Shown here: piece after piece, positions 58,670 to 64,000 of the stretch
How positions within the stretch are numbered: position 1 is the first letter of the stretch
Layout of the letters: each line of letters begins with the position of its first letter
NCBI GenBank assembly: GCA_950097015.1
Contig: CATNEN010000001.1
Location: 20,894,001-20,958,000, forward strand
Reading direction: 5' to 3'
DNA from: Macrostomum hystrix
Taxonomy: Eukaryota; Animalia; Platyhelminthes
DNA: 64,000 nt
Program-made: the position numbers and the translations under genes
Notes under the pieces: model-generated
What the model saw: the letters and a program-made list of their open reading frames with translations, nothing else
Databases searched by the model: none
What the model was told of the DNA's origin: nothing

Positions 58670-61600
58670 ATGGCGTCGCGGCTGGGCAATCTGGATCTTG
58701 CTGACACGACTCACGCACTCACCTGGATTAAGGCATTCAAAGCCTTGGCTCGTACCAAGAAGTGGGAAGATGGAGGAACAGATCGACAAATCACGGACAA
58801 CTTTTTAGCGCTCTGTGGACTAGCAGCTCTCGAAAAAATTACTCATCTTGTCGCACCAAAAGAAGTGGAAGCGCACACCTTTGCGGAGCTGGAGACCGCC
58901 ATTACGAACTTTCTGCAACCCCAAAAACACCTTGTCGTTGCTGTGAGAACTAAATTCTTCACGCTACGTCAAGCTGCCGATGAGCCCATTACGGAGTTCC
59001 TTTCTCGCTTGAGGAAGGGGGTCATGCACTGCGAGTTCGATACTCTCAAAACCTGCACCAGCCCAGAAGAGGAAATGGTACGTCTGATGCTCATCTCTGG
59101 CCTTCAGAACCCAGAAGATCAACGACGTGTTCTGGGAGCAATGCAAACGAAAAACTTGGAGATCACCGAAATCGTGGATATAATCAGGACTATCGAACAA
59201 GTGACGAAGTTCGTAGACAGCAGGGATTTTCGAATCGCTAACACAGAGCCTACCCAAGAAGGAAACTCCATCAACTTCACAGGGAAGGGACGCCTCCTCG
59301 CTGCGTCCGTCATGGAGGCCCCCTGCCGCTAAGTCAAAGTAAGTCACAGGGAAGGGAGATCGGCAGCATCGAGGCGGTAACGTGACCATGTCCCATGAAC
59401 GGCACGTAGGCGACTGCAAGTTTTGTGGCAGATCTCATCCAGCTGGCAAATGCCCGGCATACGGCAAGACATGCAAAAAATGCAATAAGCGCAACCAATT
59501 TGGATCCGTGTGCCGCTCCAGTGGTGTTCAACATGTCAACCATATGGACACGAAAATTGTAACCTCGGACTCCGACGCCTCTGATATACTCCATCTGACA
59601 GACGTCGATCTCATCCATGCTGTTTCAGTAGCGACAGAAACTGTGCTGATCAACGGTGTCGCTATTCCGATGCAGATCGACACCGGAGCTTCAGTTTCAG
59701 TGCTTTCTAGCCACCTCTGGGAATCGCTGCAACGCCCCATATTGGACAAGTATCATCGGCGACTCGAGGCATATGACGGCCACATCCTAAAGACATTGGG
59801 AAAGCTGTCTACAACCGTCGAGATGCGCGGTCGAATGTATCCAGCTGAGCTGATGGTGGTTTCATCTTCAAAGACATTCGGCCTGCTAGGACGCGATCTT
59901 CTAGATGGCGACGCCGTATTCCACGCAGCCACCACTGCCACAGCTGCGCCTGCCAGTGAGCCACTGCCGACCATCAAGGGCATAAAAGCGAGCATGGAAC
60001 TGATTGAAGGTGCCAGGCCACAGATCTGCCGCGCTCGTCCTGTTCCACTTGCACTGGAGCCGAGAGTCAATGCCGAGCTAGAGAGACTGCAGCAGCTGGG
60101 CGTCATCGAGCCCATTGAGGGCCCGGTAAGCAACGCATCGCCTGTTGTTTGGGTTAAGAAGAAAGATGGCTCGCTGCGCATGTGTGCCGATTACAAAATG
60201 CACGTCAATGGGAAAATCAAGCCAAAGTCTTATCCAATCCCTTCGATTGAGCACCTATTCGCCAAGCTAAAAAACGCAAAAAAGTTTGCGAAGGTAGACT
60301 TGCGCTCTGCCTATTGGCAAATAGCTCTCGATGAGTCTGCGGAGGAACTATCTGTGATCAATACCTCACGTGGCCTCTACCGTGTCAAACGCCTACAAAT
60401 GGGCATGAAAAACGCCTCCTTCATTTTCCAAAGGACCATGGAGAGTATTCTATCTGACCTCAAAGGCATCCTTGTCTACCAAGATGATGTCCTAGTCTTT
60501 GCAGAGAATTCCGAAGCACTAGGTAAGCGGCTGAATGCGGTCAAAACCAGGCTCTCAGAAAAGAAAGTGACCATCAACGAAAGCAAATCTATTAATATGT
60601 GTGATGAAATTTCCTTTCTTGGATTCAAAATCTCCGCATCTGGAATTCAGCCTGACAACCGTCTAGTTGACAAGATCCGTCATATCGCTGCTCCCAGCTC
60701 CAAGAAGGAAGTTGAGCAGTTCCTCGGCCTAGTGAATTTTTTTTGGCCGTCTGATACCTAATTTCTCCACCAAAGTCGCTCCACTAAATGACCTTCGGAA
60801 GGGAAGCTCGCCCTTCGTCTGGTCCGACGAGTGCGCTCACGCATTTGAGGGGCTCAAGCGAGAAATCTCATCCAGGCCTGTGGTGCAGCCATATAGCCTC
60901 GAAAAAGAGGCCACTCTCACCACTGACGCCTCCAAAGGTGCGCTTGCTGCTGTTTTGACCCAGGACGGGCACCCCGTGATTTACATCTCCAGGACTCTCT
61001 CATCCGCAGAAGCCAACTACTCAAATATCGAACGAGAGGCACTGGCGATTTTCTGGGCAATCCATAGGCTTAAACACTATCTGCAAGGCCGAAAATTCAC
61101 CATTTGGACTGATCACCAACCGTTGCTTCGCCTCTTTGGTGGCAGCATTCCATTGAGCACCTCTTCCAGAATCAGCCGATGGGCGCTGTTTCTAATGCAA
61201 TTCGATTTCACTCTGGAATACGTACAAGGGACAAAAATTCCGCATGCCGACGCGCTCTCCCGACTCCGGTTTGAAAACGCGGATCTTGAGCCTAGCAGCA
61301 CCTTTTGGGCGGTAAACTGCGTTGCCTTTGAATCCCCAACCATTGATCCACACAGAATAGCATCCGAAATTGAGTCAGACGGACTCCTTCAACGAATAGC
61401 TCGCCGCATTCGGTCTGGTGACTGGCGAGGCTGCACACAAGCAGAGGCAGCCTTTAAGAAAGTTGCGGAATGCCTGACTCTCGAGAATGGCCTGATCTAC
61501 ATGCGCCGCCGAGCATTCATTCCACCAAGGCTCAGACGAGAGGCCTTCGACGCAGTGCATGACACTCATTCGGGTTCCAACGCAGCCCACAAGTTGCTTG

Positions 61601-62070
61601 CACAGACCTGTTGGTGGCCCGGTATGCAGAGAGCTGTGGAGCAATTTGTTTATCAATGTCGAACATGTACTCAGTTAAGACCTCGTCTGCAAAAACTCGG
61701 GACACTTGGCCACCTGCCACCGCTCCATTTCAAAGAGTGCACATGGACTGGGCTTTTGTACCAGCCGTTGGCAACATCCTCATCGTGGTTGATGCGTACT
61801 CGGGCTGGATAGAAGCTTTCCCCACAAAGGACAGATCAGCAGACAGCGTAATCAACTTGTTGCGAACAGTTTTTACTCGCTTTGGCGTTCCGGAGCTGGT
61901 TGTTTCGGACAACGCAGCGGAGTTCACCTCGGCTCCACTATTGGCCTGGTTGGAAAGGAACGGTGCTCGTAAGATGGAGAGCCCTCCATACTCCCCTCAA
62001 TCTAATGGTGCAGCCGAGCGAGCCGTCCAGACTATTAAGAAGGCCTTGCAGGCATGGACCCAGCGTCTAA
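58466..62070 (+). mobile_element. Ty3/Gypsy (Mag-like) LTR retrotransposon, frameshifted and 3'-truncated
   Basis: 5' LTR, gag (58670-59332), double Zn knuckle CKFCGRSH..C / CKKCNKRNQFGSVC, protease IDTGAS, RT YQDD, RNase H TDASKG...EREALA, and integrase H-H-C-C plus SDNAAEF / PQSNGAAER. Domain order is PR-RT-RH-IN. Frameshifts occur near 59330, 60740 (T run) and 61692 (A run). Confidence 0.93.
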
Positions 62071-62074
62071 CACA

Positions 62075-62437
62075 TCCCGCCTGGATAGCCGATCCGGTTG
62101 TCGTCCGGCCGTCGTCCGCATTGGTCCGCGTTTGGTGGTCGATTCCGGACAAATGCACCTTTTCGTCCGGTATTCATCCGGTTTAAGCTGCCGGACAAAG
62201 TAGCGGGCCAGTTTCCGGATCAGAGCCGGACAAAGTGGTGATTTTTTTACTCAATTGGTCCAGTTTAGTCCGGAATTATATCCGCTTGTTTACCCGGACA
62301 AAAACCGGATGAAGCGTCGGATGACTTTACGGATGACTAGCCGGATGAATTGTCACTGTCGTCCGGAAAGTCATCCGTATTTTAATCCGGGCTGTCGCCC
62401 GCCTAACAACCGGACGAAGAGCGGACATGTTTCCGGG
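62075..62437. mobile_element. TCCGG/CCGGA-rich fragment, probable subterminal region of another CACTA/EnSpm-like element
   Basis: More than 15 TCCGG/CCGGA motifs in both orientations, ending ...GTTTCCGGG. It interrupts the Gypsy integrase. No matched TIR pair or TSD was found. Confidence 0.4.
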
Positions 62438-62446
62438 TGATAGTGG

Positions 62447-63365
62447 ATATATATATACACAGAAGACTCACGGTCTTCTTCCTTCACACACAGGCAGGCA
62501 TATATACACAGAAGACTCACCGTCTTCTTCCTTCACACACAGGCAGGCATATATACACAGAAGACTCACCATCTTCTTCCTTCACACACAGGCATATATA
62601 TATATACACAGAAGACTCACGGTCTTCTTCCTTCACACACAGGCAGGCATATATACACAGAAGACTCACGGTCTTCTTCCTTCACACGCAGGCAGGCATA
62701 TATATACACAGAAGACTCACGGTCTTCTTCCTTCACACACAGGCAGGCATATATATACACAGAAGACTCACGGTCTTTTTCCCTCACACACAGGCAGGCA
62801 TATATATACACAGAAGACTCACGGTCTTCTTCCTTCACACACAGGCAGGCATATATACACAGAAGACTCACCGTCTTCTTCCTTCACACACAGGCAGGCA
62901 TATATACACAGAAGACTCACGGTCTTTTTCCCTCACACACAGGCAGGCATATATATACACAGAAGACTCACGGTCTTCTTCCTTCACACACAGGCAGGCA
63001 TATATACACAGAAGACTCACCGTCTTCTTCCTTCACACACAGGCAGGCATATATACACAGAAGACTCACGGTCTTCTTCCTTCACACACAGGCAGGCATA
63101 TATATACACAGAAGACTCACGGTCTTTTTCCCTCACACACAGGCAGGTATATATATACACAGAAGACTCACGGTCTTCTTCCTTCACACACAGGCAGGCA
63201 TATATACACAGAAGACTCACCGTCTTCTTCCTTCACACACAGGCAGGCATATATATACACAGAAAACTCACGGTCTTTTTACCTCACACACAGGCAGGCA
63301 TATATAAACAGAAGACTCAAGGTCTTCTTCCTTCACACACAGGCACATATATACACAGAAGACAC
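62447..63365. repeat. 49-53-bp minisatellite (AGAAGACTCACGGTCTTCTTCCTTCACACACAGGCAGGCATATATACAC)n
   Basis: Visible tandem array. Unit length varies with a (TA)n tract. Confidence 0.96.
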
Positions 63366-64000
63366 AAGCAGCCATTGTTGACTTGCAGAATGTGTGAGTT
63401 GCAGAATTAACAAATAAAAAATGATGTCAGCAGAACAAATGCTATGTGTTTTATCGTTTATCAAATGCTAAGTTTTGTTGCACATAAACTATTTAAAAAT
63501 ATGATAATGAGCAGGCTAGTTTGAACACAATGATTACAAAAGTTAGTCCATGCTCCGTGTAATAAAATGAATGTCCTAGCTGGAGCGAGAGGAATTTAAA
63601 GCTAGCGACTATTCACTATTCACCGGGGTCGGTGTCCTACCAATCGTTTCAATAGCAGCAGGGAATCTGAAATTAAATAGCGTTAGAGTACTAGGGTAGC
63701 AAGCGAAGCGGAATAGGAAATGTCGTCCTCCGGCCCGGCGAAACTCCCAATGAAAAAAGGAATAACACAGTGTGAACACAAGACTCGAATAATTTGATTA
63801 GAAGTGATTTGATCAGCTGTGACTAAGATTACAGATACGAATAGGAATTACTTTGAATATCGTTTACTTGACTTAAAAGTTATACTGACAGAATAGATGT
63901 TCGCACAGAAATAAATTATAGCGCGCTCACAGTGAGAAGCAAGTCTGGCCTAACAATTTGGATATAACAATTTTACCTAACTGGCCTAATCCGCGCCCTA

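Noticed and set aside
62447-63365. Palindromic repeat (GAAGAC-n5-GTCTTC) array resembling a CRISPR
   Set aside because: The intervening sequence is constant (no unique spacers), there are no cas genes, and the context is eukaryotic.

Overview
Repeat-rich animal genomic DNA. GC-rich exons, GT-AG introns, very dense minisatellites and Ngaro/EnSpm/Crypton elements suggest a free-living flatworm such as Macrostomum; this is an inference. Four host genes could be assembled by hand with consistent intron phases. (1) A canonical crumbs gene (- strand, 9 coding exons, 25604->10383, ~1255 aa, tail ...GTYGPSKAE...PPPEERLI). (2) A compact, convergently oriented crumbs paralogue (+ strand, 7 exons, 3902-7423, ~898 aa) that lacks the third LamG domain and ends in a non-canonical tail (...QDMYF). 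(3) A small secreted WSC + PAN/apple-like protein. (4) PLRG1/Prp46, whose first visible exon has no ATG of its own. The most striking structure is that the two otherwise old, diverged crumbs paralogues share one ~99% identical 1270-bp tract confined to a single exon. It forms a large inverted repeat, and a crossover in it would swap the two C-terminal halves in frame. Mobile DNA includes five copies of a tRNA-derived SINE, a hAT MITE with an 8-bp TSD, two convergent decayed Crypton-type tyrosine recombinase genes, a 7.6-kb EnSpm/CACTA-type element (2-bp TSD) inside a 10-bp satellite, the 3' end of an Ngaro/DIRS element, and a decayed Gypsy element inserted into it. At least 16 distinct tandem-repeat arrays account for most of the long low-complexity ORFs in the track.
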